A stretch of 64,000 nt of DNA from an uncultured Verrucomicrobiae bacterium (GCA_963815455.1 CAWFGO010000003.1:1-64000); one strand, 5' to 3'. Shown: positions 39,804 to 50,716, numbered from the stretch's first letter. Made by a program: numbers and translations. Notes: a model not told the origin generated them from the sequence alone.

Positions 39804-40798
39804 TCAGCTTTTGAAGAACGCGAGCAGGTCGGCGTTAATGATCGTCGGCGTGCGTCGTGATCATGCCGTGAGGCAAATCCTTGTATGTCTTCAGCGTGCC
39901 GTTCTTGAGAAGCTTGGCTGAGAGTGGACCGGCGGCCTGATAGGGAACGATCTGGTCGTCCTCGCTATGCATGACCAGAACCGGCATCGAGATCTTTTTC
40001 AGATCTTCCGTGAAGTCGGTCTGCGAGAAGGCGACGATGCCGTCATAACCTGCCTTGGCGCCGCCCATCATGCCCTGGCGCCACCAGTTCCAAATGAGAG
40101 GCTCGATCGTTTTCACTCCGGGACGATTGAAGCCATAGAACGGACCGGCCGGCAGATCGTAATAAAACTTGGCCCGGTTGGCGGCGAGCTGGGCTTGGAG
40201 ATCGTCGAACACTGATTTGGGCAGGCCTAACGGATTGTCCGGCGTCTTCACCATCAGCGGCGGCACCGCGCTAATGATCGCCGCCTTTGCCACATTCTTG
40301 TCGCCGTGACGGGCGAGATAATGCACCACCTGACCGCCGCCGGTCGAATGGCCGACGTGAATCGCGTCCTTGAGGTTGAGATGATCGGTGACGGCCTTCA
40401 GATCGTCGGCATAATGGTCCATATCATGTCCGTCCCCAGTTTGACTCGAGCGACCATGTCCGCGCCGATCGGTGGCAATGACGCGATAGCCTTTGCTCAG
40501 GAAAAACAGCATCTGCGGGTCCCAATCATCCGCCGAGAGCGGCCAGCCGTGACTGAACACAATCGGCTGCCCGCTGCCCCAGTCTTTATAATAGATGTGA
40601 TATTCCGTCCTTGGTGGTAACCGTGTCTCCCTTGAATTTTTCGGTTGCGCCTTTTGCCTGCGACGTTGACGAGTTCGCAGCCGTGGCGGTCGCGGGAAGT
40701 CCGGCGATTGCGGCGAGCCCAGCGGTGCCGGCCAGAAATTTTCGACGCGAGATATCGACGTTAGCGTTCTTTTCGTTTCCAAACGGGACGTGTGACAT
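39804..40798 (-). CDS. Non-heme haloperoxidase/perhydrolase-type hydrolase with Tat signal, frameshifts near 40600 and 39840
   Basis: SRRKFL Tat motif; YKDWG, HGWPLSAD, DRRGHGRS, GHSTGGG, DDQIVP, PHG; ends INADLLAFFKS*. Confidence 0.88.
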
Positions 40799-41019
40799 AC
40801 TGAATTTCCTTTCGCTTCCAGTAATGCGAGCGAGCACTTCGCTCACGGATTACCCGGCGGAAAGCGGGTCCGGTGGAGCTCGTTTTTGCGGAGACGCCAA
40901 CGGACTTGGCGCTGCATTTAGCTTGAGGCGTGGCCCTACGCCCAGTCAAGTTACAACTGTGTGACGTTCTCCAGGTAGGCCGACAAAAAGCTCGGAAATT
41001 ACGTCGCCTGCTTTATACT

Positions 41020-41923
41020 TGGTCAAGCGCTATTCGTTATTTTCTAATTGTCATCCTCGCTTCACTCGCGACTGTTCGCGCTGCTCCTCAACCAATCGCG
41101 ACGCGTGACGCGAAGATCGACAATGTGCAATTGCATTATCTTATCTGCCGGTCACGGTCCGGCCGTTGTTCTGCTGCACGGATACACCCAGACTTCGCGG
41201 ATGTGGCGGCCGATCATTCCGTTGCTCGCCGAGAAGTTCACTGTGATTGCGCCGGATTTGCCGGGCATCGGCGATTCTTCAATTCCCGCGGAAACAACGA
41301 AATCAGCATGAGTCGTTGCGGCAAAACAAATCCACGATCTCGTTCGCTCACTGAAGATCGACAAGGCACGCGTGGTTGGTCATGACATCGGATTGATGGT
41401 CGCTTACGCGTATGCTGCCCAATTCCCGAGTGAAACCGAGAAGCTTGCGGTGATGGACGCGTTTCTTCCGGGCGTGCCCGGTTGGGAACCGATCTACAAC
41501 GCTCCGAACATCTGGCATTTCCGATTCAACGGCGAGTATCCCGAAAAGTTAGTAAAGGGGCGCGAGCGAACCTACTTTGAATATTTCTGGAACGTTCTCG
41601 CTGCGGACAGAACTCATTCGATCCTTGAAGCGGATCGGAAAGCGTACACGGCAGCATATTCGCGACCGGGACGCATGCACGCCGGCTGGGCCTACTTTGC
41701 CTCGTGGCCGCAACTGGCCAAAGATTTTGCGAAACTGTCTCAGACCAAGCTGACGATGCCGGTCTTGTCCATCGGCGGTGACAAGGCAAACGGCAACGAA
41801 CTAGCCGAACAGATGAAGCTCGTCGCCACCGATGTGAAAACCATCGTGCTGAAAGACACCGGCCACTGGATTTCCGAAGAACGGCCGAAGGAAACAACCG
41901 ACGCCCTTGTGAAGTTTCTTTAA
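41020..41923 (+). CDS. Epoxide hydrolase-like alpha/beta hydrolase, frameshifts near 41145 and 41300; start approximate
   Basis: LLHGYTQTS.MW, APDLPGIGDS, GHDIG nucleophile motif, WHF.F, GHW..EE.P across three frames. Confidence 0.85.
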
Positions 41924-41924
41924 T

Positions 41925-41982
41925 TCTGGGAAGCGCACCCAGCTCGGGTGCTGGTCGCGGCGCCCTCGCCGCGACGAACTTT
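41925..41982. repeat. Intergenic double-hairpin repeat, family A copy 1
   Basis: TCTGGGAAGCGCAC...GTGCTGGT..CGGC...GCCG..ACGAACTTT; matches 42873-42929. Confidence 0.75.
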
Positions 41983-42048
41983 AGATCAGCTCGCGCAGCG
42001 CTACTGTCGATCTTGCCAAACCAGGCTCGGGGAGAAGATCATGCCCGC

Positions 42049-42552
42049 ATGAAACTCTGGGCTTGGGACGAGAAGAATCTTCCTTCAATCACGCATGCCC
42101 TCCGCACCGCTGCGGCGGCGACCATCTCGGTCATCATCGCGCGGTTGGTTCAAATGCCCGAGGCCTACTGGGCCGCGATTGCAACGTTGGTCGTTATGCA
42201 ATCTACTCTCGGCGCGACGCTGACACTCTCGATCGAGCGAATCGCCGCTACCGCCGTAGGTGCGTCGGTTGGAGCGCTCGAGGCAAATTATTTTAAAGCA
42301 AATCTGGTCGTGTTCGCGGTTGCGATCTTTCTCGTCGGGTTGCTGTCGTTTGCGTTTCGTTTGGAGAAGACCGCATATCGCTACGCGAGCATTACTCTCA
42401 CCATCATCGTTCTAATTCCTCGCTCGGAAGTGCCGTGGGCGATCGCTTTGCATAGATTCATTGAAGTCTCAGTCGGAATCATCGTGGCTCTTGCGGTCGC
42501 GGCGCTGTGGCCGGAACGACAGCCGAGCCCGGCCAAGAGCACAGATGAATAA
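42049..42552 (+). CDS. FUSC-like/aromatic acid exporter small membrane protein
   Basis: ALRTA.AA, YWAAIATLVVMQ, HRFIEVSVGI.VAL. Confidence 0.82.
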   Translation: MKLWAWDEKNLPSITHALRTAAAATISVIIARLVQMPEAYWAAIATLVVMQSTLGATLTLSIERIAATAVGASVGALEANYFKANLVVFAVAIFLVGLLSFAFRLEKTAYRYASITLTIIVLIPRSEVPWAIALHRFIEVSVGIIVALAVAALWPERQPSPAKSTDE

Positions 42553-42637
42553 CAACGCGAGAGGATGCCGCCGGCGATTTCCATCAACAATGAACTTCAG
42601 CTTTGCCTAAGGTTCAAAAAGCTGTTTGTCTTCCAAG

Positions 42638-42814
42638 ATGCGCAAGAGCAGCTGGATCAAGGCAATCATTGCAGGAGCGCTTCTTTGGATCGCGATCAGT
42701 CTGGTGGTGATGGCGAACCGACCCGCCACTGCCGGTTCTGTGATCGCGACGATTGAAGTCGTACTGTCTCTGGTCGTGACAATCATTGCCTGCCTTATCC
42801 TTCGCTGGCCATAA
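42638..42814 (+). CDS. Small two-TM hypothetical protein
   Basis: 58-aa ATG ORF with two hydrophobic helices. Confidence 0.5.
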   Translation: MRKSSWIKAIIAGALLWIAISLVVMANRPATAGSVIATIEVVLSLVVTIIACLILRWP

Positions 42815-42872
42815 GGCGAAGGTTGCCACGCTGACCAGGTGTTGAATACTAAAACGCGCAAATATTTCCGTG

Positions 42873-42929
42873 TCTGGGGAGCGCACGCTTCCAGCGTGCC
42901 GGTTTCGGCATCTTGCCGAAACGAACTTT
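42873..42929. repeat. Intergenic double-hairpin repeat, family A copy 2
   Basis: Same ends as 41925-41982 with compensatory stem changes. Confidence 0.75.
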
Positions 42930-43190
42930 AATTGGGATTGGGCCCACGAAACCCACGAACCAACGCGAAATCATACTGGATTGGCGCCGGGAGGGCGAGA
43001 CTCCGTCGGACTGTATTTCTGTAGCGGCGGTCTATGATCTCCGAATATCGCACGCCGCCACGACAAGAACAAAGACACGATTTCCTTTCTGCCTTCCCAA
43101 AGCTTGGGTTGGTGAGCGATTTAACAGAACGGAACTCCCAGACTGAATTCAATTCCGCCCGAACTGTTGGAACATAAAATATATAAACTA

Positions 43191-43226
43191 GGGGTCAGTC
43201 ATCGGGTCAGTCATCAATTCTTGACA
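43191..43226. repeat. GGGGTCA-type motif with tandem duplication
   Basis: GGGGTCAGTCATC GGGTCAGTCATC AATTCTTGACA. Confidence 0.55.
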
Positions 43227-43457
43227 CGACCACCACGCTTTCGAGTGCCCGCAAATCCTATTGGGGTCATCCCGCACCCGGCGCCGGGTGGAGTACCCGA
43301 CTGAGTCGATGACCGAAGGCGTTGTGAGATAACGCCTCGCAGTTATCGGTTAATTGTTAGCGGTTATTCGTCGGCAGGGCGGAGGGCCCGATCGAGCCAC
43401 GCGCGCGGTTACTAGCTAACTTGGCGTTGAGATGAATCGCCGTATATCTTGGACGAT

Positions 43458-43874
43458 ATGAAAGCACTTCTATCCTTTCTTTGCGGCGCCGTCGTGATGC
43501 TCGGCTTCAGCACACTCCGCGGGGCCAGCGCGCAACCGCCGCACCATGTTTACGAATTGCGTATGTATCACGTGAACCCGGGCAAAATGGATGCGCTCAA
43601 AGCGCGCTTTCGCGATCATACTGATGCGATCTTTAAGCGGCATAACATGACGAGCGTCGGTTATTGGCAGCCGGAAGATGCGCCGGATTCACAGAACTTG
43701 TTTATCTACATTTTAGAACATCCGAGCCGGCAGGAGGCGAAGAAAAATTGGGCGGCTTTCCAAGCCGATCCGGAATGGAAGAAAGTGAAGGCAGAATCGG
43801 AAGCGAACGGGCCGCTGGTGGATCACATCGATCATTACTTCATGGATCCAACGAACTTTTCCGCGCTCAAGTAA
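43458..43874 (+). CDS. NIPSNAP family protein with signal peptide
   Basis: VYELRMY...PGK...RFRDHT..IF.RH.M..VGYW...W.AF.ADPEW. Confidence 0.9.
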   Translation: MKALLSFLCGAVVMLGFSTLRGASAQPPHHVYELRMYHVNPGKMDALKARFRDHTDAIFKRHNMTSVGYWQPEDAPDSQNLFIYILEHPSRQEAKKNWAAFQADPEWKKVKAESEANGPLVDHIDHYFMDPTNFSALK

Positions 43875-43932
43875 ACGGGGAGACGAACGAATCAATCCGT
43901 GCGTTGCGGATCAGAAATCGGAGGGCAAGGGG

Positions 43933-44951
43933 TCAGGCGCCCATGGTCAGGACGACGCGGAAACGGACTTTGCCGCTGTGCATTTGTTCGTAGGCTTCGG
44001 ACACACGGCTGAGCGGGTATTTTTCGATCATCGGGTGGACACCGGTCAACGCGCTAAATTCCAGCGTGTCCTGGGAATCTCTTGCCGTGCCTGCGTACCA
44101 GCCGCTTACCGATCGTCTGCCCGAGATCAACGACATCATGCTTACCGTCAGCGGTTCGTTAGGCGCGGCTGGCACAAGCAGGTTCCCGCTGGGCGATAAT
44201 CCATCGATCAGTTGCGGAAATTGCCTTTGCGTTCGGCGCCGTGGCCAGAATTACGCGGGCGCCGCCGAGCTTTTGCAATCCGGCGACAGGATCGACAACG
44301 TTCGTATCGATGTAACTGATGTGCGCCGAGTTTCTTCGCCAGCGGTTCTTTGTCTTTGCCGCGACCGATTGCCACGGTGTGGAATCCCATCTGCCGCGCG
44401 TACTGAACGCCGAGATGTCCGAGTCCGCCGATGCCGTGCACCGCGACCACATCTCCGGCGCGTGCGCCCGAATTCCGAAGCGCATTGTAAACGGTAACAC
44501 CGGCGCACATGAACGGCCCGGCTTCTTCCGCCGGTAATTCATCCGGGATCGCTGCCAGCGCCGCCGCGGGTGCGATCATGTAATCGGCGTAACCGCCATC
44601 GAAGTCGATTCCGGTAACCTTGCGATTGACGCACATGGCGAAATCGCCGCGCCGGCATTGGGCGCAGACGAAGCAATGTCCCCCGTGCCAGCCGACGCCG
44701 ACACGTTCGCCTTTCTGCCATTCTCTGACGTTGTCGCCGATGGCATCGATTCGTCCGGCAATCTCATGGCCCGGGACACGCGGATATTGAATCCCGGGCC
44801 AAATGCCCTCTTTCACGAGCGCATCGCTGTGGCAAATGCCGCACGCATCTACTTTCACGCGAACCTGCCCGGCGCCCGGCTCGGGGATGTCGCGTTCCAC
44901 CAATTCGAAATCTCCGCCGGGTTTGCTGATCTGGGCTGCTTTCATTTTCAT
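43933..44951 (-). CDS. Zinc-dependent alcohol dehydrogenase, frameshifts near 44320 and 44210
   Basis: CGICHSD, PGHE, C..C..C...C, GIGGLG; ends GKVRFRVVL. Confidence 0.92.
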
Positions 44952-45045
44952 GCTCAATGATTCTGAATCGTTTCCAGTTGGTTGAAATCTAAAGTCGGCT
45001 CGACGGAGTCTCACCCTACCGAGTGTGATCGGTTTCGGGAAAGGC

Positions 45046-45582
45046 TTAGTTTCTTCGGCGAGTGGTCTCGAACAAAAACCAAGCCCGGCGCTCGGTCTCG
45101 TCGATCCAAACTTCGATCAGGCTGGCGGTGGCGACATCGCCGTGTTCGTCGCACACGTCGTGCGCTTCGCGGAGGCGTCCTACCAGCGCGCGATTGTCCT
45201 CGGCCAGCTCGGCGAGCATGTCTAACGGCTCGACGTATTCGGCGTCATTATCGGCTATCCGCTGCGTGCGCGAGATGTGCCCGATCGATCGCAGGGTGAG
45301 TCCGCCGATCTTTCGGACGCGCTCGGCGGCGGGATCGGTCATGGCGAAAAGTTGATCGGCTTGTTCGTCGAGGAGGAGGTGGTAATCGCGGAAGTGCGGC
45401 CCGCTCATGTGCCAGTGAAAATTCTTGGTCTTAACGTAGAGAGCGAACACATCGGCGAGGATTCCGTTCAACGCCGCGGCAATGTCTTTAATGGCCGGGC
45501 GCTTGAGATCGGTCGGGGTCTCGAGCGGCGCATCGCGTCTGTGAATGAGTTCGATTGTCTTTCTTGAATTGGATTTGTTCAT
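45046..45582 (-). CDS. dps: DNA starvation/stationary phase protection protein
   Basis: KTKNFHWHMSGPHFRDYHLLLDEQ...D..AER; GGAGGA RBS. Confidence 0.95.
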   Translation of the reverse strand: MNKSNSRKTIELIHRRDAPLETPTDLKRPAIKDIAAALNGILADVFALYVKTKNFHWHMSGPHFRDYHLLLDEQADQLFAMTDPAAERVRKIGGLTLRSIGHISRTQRIADNDAEYVEPLDMLAELAEDNRALVGRLREAHDVCDEHGDVATASLIEVWIDETERRAWFLFETTRRRN

Positions 45583-45663
45583 GGTTTCCTCCGGCTGAAT
45601 TAGAGCGGTCGTCCGCAAATCAATGACGTGACTTTGCAAAGATCGACAATCTCTTGCCGAAGT

Positions 45664-46776
45664 CTAGGGGCGGACCGTTTTTCTCGACGGCAGCAGCTTG
45701 TTGACCAGGGCGTTTGTCGATTTTTCCAAAACGATGCCCCAGACGCTGAGCACGGCCAGGGTTGCCGGCATTATTATGAGTAAGAACATCCAGATCGGTT
45801 GGTCGCGAATCCGGAGCCCGAGCCAGATGACGTAAGGCTGGTGGATCAGATAGAGGCCGTAGGAATATGCGCCGACCAGGGCGAAGATTTTCGCCGGAGT
45901 CTTAAACAGGAAAATCAAACCGGCGATGCCGACAATCGCCAGACCGCAACACACGCCAGTGGCGAGATCGGCAAAAATATAAGGGACGCGGCCGTGATAA
46001 AGCAGGAGGGCGGCGGGGTAGAGGATCAGGCCAGTAATGAGACCGGGACCTCGGAGAAGAAACCATTCCACGCGTTCTTGCGATCGGCGATGCCACATTC
46101 CCACCGACATGCCCAGCGCAAATTCCGGCAGGCGACAAATCGCAAATCCGCCCAGCACCCACAATCCATTCTGCGGATAGACGACGAGCATCAGGTAACG
46201 CGCGAAAAATCCGACGGCACAAGCGACAAGCAAAAACTTCCACGGCCCGAGACGTCGGGCTCCCCAGAAGAGCAGGGGAAAGATGAGATAGAACTGGATC
46301 AGCATCGAGAAGTACCACCAGGCGGCGTTGAGGTACATGAAGTTCATCTCGATGTTGATGAAACGGAGCCCGAGCAGGCTGAGGACGATTCGGCCATCCA
46401 CCGGTTCGAGCCGCGCCACGAACGGCGAGACGAGATAAACGATATGCGCGACCCAGTACATCGGATAAAGCCGGATAAACCGCGCCCAATACCAGCCGCC
46501 CCAGCTGATCGTTCCCGATTCAGCCTTGCGCGCGGTGGATTCCATCAGCATCCAACCGCTCAGGATGATGAAAACACCGACGGCATGGAAACCGAGACCT
46601 GAAAGTTTCACCCACGCCGTTTCCAGGATCGACATCGTCGCCGCCACGAAATGATTCCAGTCCGGCGGCGGCACTTCGCCATGCTCGAAGTAAGTCGTGT
46701 AAAAGTGAAAGTAAGCGACGAACAGAATGGCCAGACCTTTTGAAATATCAAGCCAAAGAAGGCGTTTCACCGCCAA
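45664..46776 (-). CDS. Acyltransferase family 3 (OafA-like) membrane protein
   Basis: LDISKGLAI..V...H, V.VFIILSG, R..RLYP.Y, WY....QFYL.FP, SY.LYL.H. Confidence 0.9.
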   Translation of the reverse strand: MAVKRLLWLDISKGLAILFVAYFHFYTTYFEHGEVPPPDWNHFVAATMSILETAWVKLSGLGFHAVGVFIILSGWMLMESTARKAESGTISWGGWYWARFIRLYPMYWVAHIVYLVSPFVARLEPVDGRIVLSLLGLRFINIEMNFMYLNAAWWYFSMLIQFYLIFPLLFWGARRLGPWKFLLVACAVGFFARYLMLVVYPQNGLWVLGGFAICRLPEFALGMSVGMWHRRSQERVEWFLLRGPGLITGLILYPAALLLYHGRVPYIFADLATGVCCGLAIVGIAGLIFLFKTPAKIFALVGAYSYGLYLIHQPYVIWLGLRIRDQPIWMFLLIIMPATLAVLSVWGIVLEKSTNALVNKLLPSRKTVRP

Positions 46777-46823
46777 CGGCTTATCAGCGCGAGACCGGTC
46801 TGGTCAAGGCGCACGCGTTCTCT

Positions 46824-46907
46824 TGTCATGTTGAGCCCTTCGGCTTCGCTCAGGACAGGCTCCGTCGCACGCCACGCCGCAGCTTTTGCGAAGGCGGGAA
46901 ACACCTC
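46824..46907. repeat. TGTCAT-type palindromic repeat, composite
   Basis: TGTCATGTTGAGC-CCTTCGGCTTCGCTCAGGACAGG...; related to 50717-50824. Confidence 0.55.
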
Positions 46908-46919
46908 TAACTTTTCTGG

Positions 46920-47660
46920 ATGGACGTCTGGAAACCTGTCGGAGCGGTTGTCTTGCTTTTCGTAACCAGCTTCTGCGCAAACGCCGCCGCCGACGTTGTG
47001 ATCAAGAGCGGGCCCGAACGATCAAGCCTGTTGGAATTGTACACCTCCGAAGGGTGTAGCAGCTGTCCGCCGGCGGAACAATGGCTTAGCGGTTTGAAGA
47101 AGGATCCGCGGTTGTGGAACAACATCGTGCCGGTTGCGTTCCATGTGGATTACTGGGACCGGCTGGGCTGGAAAGATCGATTCGCTCAGCCCGCGTTCAC
47201 CGCACGGCAGCGCGCCTATGCAACATCCGGGGCGGTTTCGAATGTTTATACCCCGGGATTTTTGGTCGATGGCCGCGAATGGCGCGGGTGGTTTGAAAAC
47301 CAGATTTTTCCAGCGCGCACGGACCGAGTCGGATCCATCGAAGCTCGAGTCGGTTCAACGGGAGAGGTGACGGTGAATTTTTCTTCGCAAGGAAAATTTG
47401 AAGGAGGGGTGGCTCACGTCGCATGGCTCGGCTTCGATCTGAAGTCCGATGTTCGTCGCGGCGAGAACGCCGGACGCTCCTTGCGGCACGATTTTGTAGT
47501 GCTGGATCACGCGAGCGCGAAGCTGTCTAGCGACGAAAAAGGATTTTGGACGGCACGATTCGAAGCGCCAAAAACCGGCGATCACCCCGGCGCGGTTGCC
47601 ATTTGGATCCAAGGCGGTGGCAGGCGGTGCAAGCGAGCCGGCGGATGGTTAGGCCGCTAG
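46920..47660 (+). CDS. DUF1223 thioredoxin-like secreted protein
   Basis: ELYTSEGCSSCPPA, FHVDYWD.LGW.D.F, VYTP, GENAGR.L.H. Confidence 0.9.
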   Translation: MDVWKPVGAVVLLFVTSFCANAAADVVIKSGPERSSLLELYTSEGCSSCPPAEQWLSGLKKDPRLWNNIVPVAFHVDYWDRLGWKDRFAQPAFTARQRAYATSGAVSNVYTPGFLVDGREWRGWFENQIFPARTDRVGSIEARVGSTGEVTVNFSSQGKFEGGVAHVAWLGFDLKSDVRRGENAGRSLRHDFVVLDHASAKLSSDEKGFWTARFEAPKTGDHPGAVAIWIQGGGRRCKRAGGWLGR

Positions 47661-47770
47661 CAATTTGATGGAACGCGATCTCCGAGCGCATTGGTAAAGA
47701 AGTGCGGCTTCGCCGATGGCATTAGCATCGCGCTTGGAGGTCGCGATCCACCGCCGGACTCACACGCCGT

Positions 47771-49078
47771 TTATTGAGCCGCCGCTTCGCCGCAGGTCAA
47801 ATTTGCTGCTTTCCAATCCATGGCCATTCGAATCCGGGCCCGGCCGCTGGGATGATCGAAGAAGATGAATTCCTCCAGCGGCGTCGGATCAAGTTTGCGA
47901 TAAGTGCCGAGCTTGAGTGCGACCTGCGCCATTCCATCCGGTTCGCGCGAAGTGTTGATGCCGAACGCGTCGGCTTCACGCTCGGTCACCCGAATAGCGC
48001 TGTTGCCGATGGGTGTAAGGAGAAAATCGAACGTGATCAAAATTAGCGCCAGCATGGGCAAGCCCGCGAGGTCGGCGATGCCGCGGACGCCCCATTTTTC
48101 TCCGCGGCGGGCAATGACCCGGTCGAAAATGAATCGTCCAATCCCGAAGACGAAGAGGGCCATGATGCCGAAGTACATGGTCAGCTTCGCGCCGTGGTTG
48201 AGCACGTAATGACCCATCTCGTGGGCCATGACGATCCGGATCTCCGGCAGCGTGCATTGCTTGAGCAGGTTGTCGTTGAGGGCGATTCGCGTTGTGCCGA
48301 GAAAACCGGAGACGTTGGCGCTGACGCGCGTGGTCTGGCGGGAGGCATCGACTTCGAACACTTGTTTGACCGGTATTTCATTGGCCTGGGCCATGGCCAG
48401 GATCGGGTCGCGAATTTTTGGATCGCTCAGCGGTTTGTAAGTGTTGAAGAGCGGCTGGATATAAACGGGCCCGATGAAATTGGCAGCAAAGCTGAAAATC
48501 ACGACGACAATCGTTCCCCAAATCGGCCAGGTCCGCGGGGCGCGGCAAAAGACGGCATAGAGCCCGATGAGCAGGAGAGTGCCGCCGATCAGGCCGACCG
48601 CGAGCCCGATCAATTGCTCGCCGAACCATGGCCCGAACGTTTGCGTAGCGAGTCCGTATTGATGCTCGCGATAAAATTGCTGGTAGACCGTTAACGGAAA
48701 ACTCAACACCGCACCGATGAGAAGATAGGGAATTGCGTAAAGGACCACTTGCAACGATTTGAAGCGCGTCTTCTTTTCTGCAAAATCGCGCAACCGCGCG
48801 GAGATGCGGGATTGCAGCAGGAAGATCGAGATCGCGGCCCCGAGAAGAAAATTCCAGAGAAGCAGCCAGTAACCGCCTTCAAAATAAGCGTCCGATTTTG
48901 CCCGTTTGTCGGCGGGTACCGTATCCAGCCAGGCCCGCGTCGCTGCCGCAGGATCGGTTACGTGAACGGCTGCTGCCGGCACATCGGGCGCGGGAGATGG
49001 TGGACTTGCCTCCTCGGCAGAGATCGCGCTGACAGAGATGATACAATAAAGGAGCGCCGGAATGAGTCGCTTGATCAT
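47771..49078 (-). CDS. M48 (Ste24-like) zinc metallopeptidase
   Basis: AHEMGH, E.EADAF, HP...RI; multi-TM N-region. Confidence 0.92.
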   Translation of the reverse strand: MIKRLIPALLYCIISVSAISAEEASPPSPAPDVPAAAVHVTDPAAATRAWLDTVPADKRAKSDAYFEGGYWLLLWNFLLGAAISIFLLQSRISARLRDFAEKKTRFKSLQVVLYAIPYLLIGAVLSFPLTVYQQFYREHQYGLATQTFGPWFGEQLIGLAVGLIGGTLLLIGLYAVFCRAPRTWPIWGTIVVVIFSFAANFIGPVYIQPLFNTYKPLSDPKIRDPILAMAQANEIPVKQVFEVDASRQTTRVSANVSGFLGTTRIALNDNLLKQCTLPEIRIVMAHEMGHYVLNHGAKLTMYFGIMALFVFGIGRFIFDRVIARRGEKWGVRGIADLAGLPMLALILITFDFLLTPIGNSAIRVTEREADAFGINTSREPDGMAQVALKLGTYRKLDPTPLEEFIFFDHPSGRARIRMAMDWKAANLTCGEAAAQ

Positions 49079-49198
49079 GGGTTCAAACCTATTCGACCAG
49101 GTTTCCATGTGGCGATCAATAAATACGGTCATCCTGTGCTCGGGATGACCGCTTTCATTGCGCTGGACGAAAAAGTTCCGGGAGGCCACAATTCAATC

Positions 49199-49555
49199 AT
49201 GAAAATGCTTGCGTTCCTGCTCTGCGTGTCTTTTATGGGAGCAACCTTGGCGCCGCAGACGAGGGCGGGAGAAGAGAGGGACGTCGCTCGATACGGCCCG
49301 TATCCAACCAATTACAAAGAAATCGTGACTAAATGGCTTGAAACACAGCTGCTCGATCCGAGCAGCGCACGGATCGAATGGTCGGAGGAACCAAAGCCGG
49401 CCGATTTAGGGAAAGACGGCCAGCACCTTTACGGCTACCTCGTTCACTTTAAGGTGAACGCCCGGAATCGCTTTGGCGCTTACACCGGCAAACAAACCCA
49501 CGGTGCGCTCATTCGGAACGGCGAAGTGATCAAGGGCCTCGGTTTCGGTTATTAA
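49199..49555 (+). CDS. Hypothetical secreted protein
   Basis: Signal peptide; YGPYP.NY...LLDP.SA...VNARNRFGAYTG. Confidence 0.78.
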   Translation: MKMLAFLLCVSFMGATLAPQTRAGEERDVARYGPYPTNYKEIVTKWLETQLLDPSSARIEWSEEPKPADLGKDGQHLYGYLVHFKVNARNRFGAYTGKQTHGALIRNGEVIKGLGFGY

Positions 49556-49557
49556 TT

Positions 49558-50022
49558 ATGAAAAGATCAAACTATCGATCCAATCAGTCGGGAGAAGGCC
49601 TGGTCGTCGTGATCATCCTTTTCGTTATTCTCGCCTTGGGCACATACTGGCTCTATCACAATAAATGGACCATGGACCGTGAGGCGCGGGCGTTCGGCAG
49701 GGAAATGATCGAACGGGTAGCGGTCAATCACGATCTGGCTTTCTTTCGCGACCATCTCAGCCCGCAAGCGCGCCTCGATAATCCGCCGTCGCAACAAGAA
49801 TTCATCATCTCCAAATTCACCGAGTTGGGCGTGCCGCAGCAGCCGATCAAGATCGATGAAAACGTAATATTCCAGAAAAATTTCTTCTCACCGCAAGGTT
49901 ATTTCACAGCGCACCTGTTTTATCCGACCCAGGAACTGACGGTGGAAATCGCTATTTCGCATCCGGTCGGCAAATGGCAGTTGGATAATCTGACTTACGC
50001 CAGCGGGCCGGTTGTCCAGTAA
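49558..50022 (+). CDS. Hypothetical membrane-anchored protein
   Basis: N-terminal TM helix; 2 bp after the previous stop. Confidence 0.72.
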   Translation: MKRSNYRSNQSGEGLVVVIILFVILALGTYWLYHNKWTMDREARAFGREMIERVAVNHDLAFFRDHLSPQARLDNPPSQQEFIISKFTELGVPQQPIKIDENVIFQKNFFSPQGYFTAHLFYPTQELTVEIAISHPVGKWQLDNLTYASGPVVQ

Positions 50023-50030
50023 TTTCCGGG

Positions 50031-50086
50031 CCGGGATCAGCGATCCCGGCTACAACCACGGACCGGGGTCGGCGCCCCCGGCTACA
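50031..50086. repeat. Two tandem GTAG-type REP-like palindromes
   Basis: CCGGGATCAGCGATCCCGGCTACA and CCGGGGTCGGCGCCCCCGGCTACA. Confidence 0.75.
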
Positions 50087-50696
50087 GAAGCAGCCGGTCG
50101 AGCGAATCGAGGCAAATCTGCGACCAGGTCTCCATGGATTCGCGGCGGGCGATTAATTCCTGTTTTGAAAGAAACGTCAGGCCGGTGATCATGGCCTCGC
50201 GTTTTTCCACTTTCGGCTCGGCCAGTTTAAAAACGTGCACAACGCCGAGATGCACCCGGCCGACTTCGGTGGTGTCGTCGTTCAAGAGCGCGACGATCCG
50301 GTCGTCGAACTTGGTGTCGATCTCGATTTCTTCGTTCACTTCGCGTTCGACTCCTGCTCGATAAGCGGCCTCGTCCAGAGCGAAGAGCGATTCGTCGTGG
50401 TCGTTCATGTGGCCGCCGATGCCGATCGAGCCTTTCGCCACGAGCCGTTGCTCTCCGGCCTTTTTGCCGCGCACGTAATGGAGCACCTTGTCCTCAAACG
50501 CAACCAACGCGTAGGGCACGATCTGCTTGTGGGTCGGATCGTTTTCGGCCTGCGATCGCGGCAGAAATAAGTTGTTCCCGCGCGAGAGCATAGCCTTCAA
50601 ATATTTCTCCGGCTCAAAATTGAGTCCATGAAAACTACCCAGCTCGTCGAACAAGCTTCGCTTGATGACCAGGATATTTTCGTCGGGAGCACTCAT
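50082..50696 (-). CDS. Predicted NUDIX-family phosphoesterase
   Basis: E.DP..KQI.PY, GE.RL....SIG.GGH.N, RE..EE, VG.VHLG. Confidence 0.85.
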   Translation of the reverse strand: MSAPDENILVIKRSLFDELGSFHGLNFEPEKYLKAMLSRGNNLFLPRSQAENDPTHKQIVPYALVAFEDKVLHYVRGKKAGEQRLVAKGSIGIGGHMNDHDESLFALDEAAYRAGVEREVNEEIEIDTKFDDRIVALLNDDTTEVGRVHLGVVHVFKLAEPKVEKREAMITGLTFLSKQELIARRESMETWSQICLDSLDRLLL

Positions 50697-50716
50697 CAAA
50701 TAAACCTAACGCAGCC

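Noticed and set aside
43342..43370. Heptamer runs (also near 56320 and 58187) as functional arrays
   Set aside because: Only 3-4 degenerate units each; ordinary short intergenic tandem repeats.
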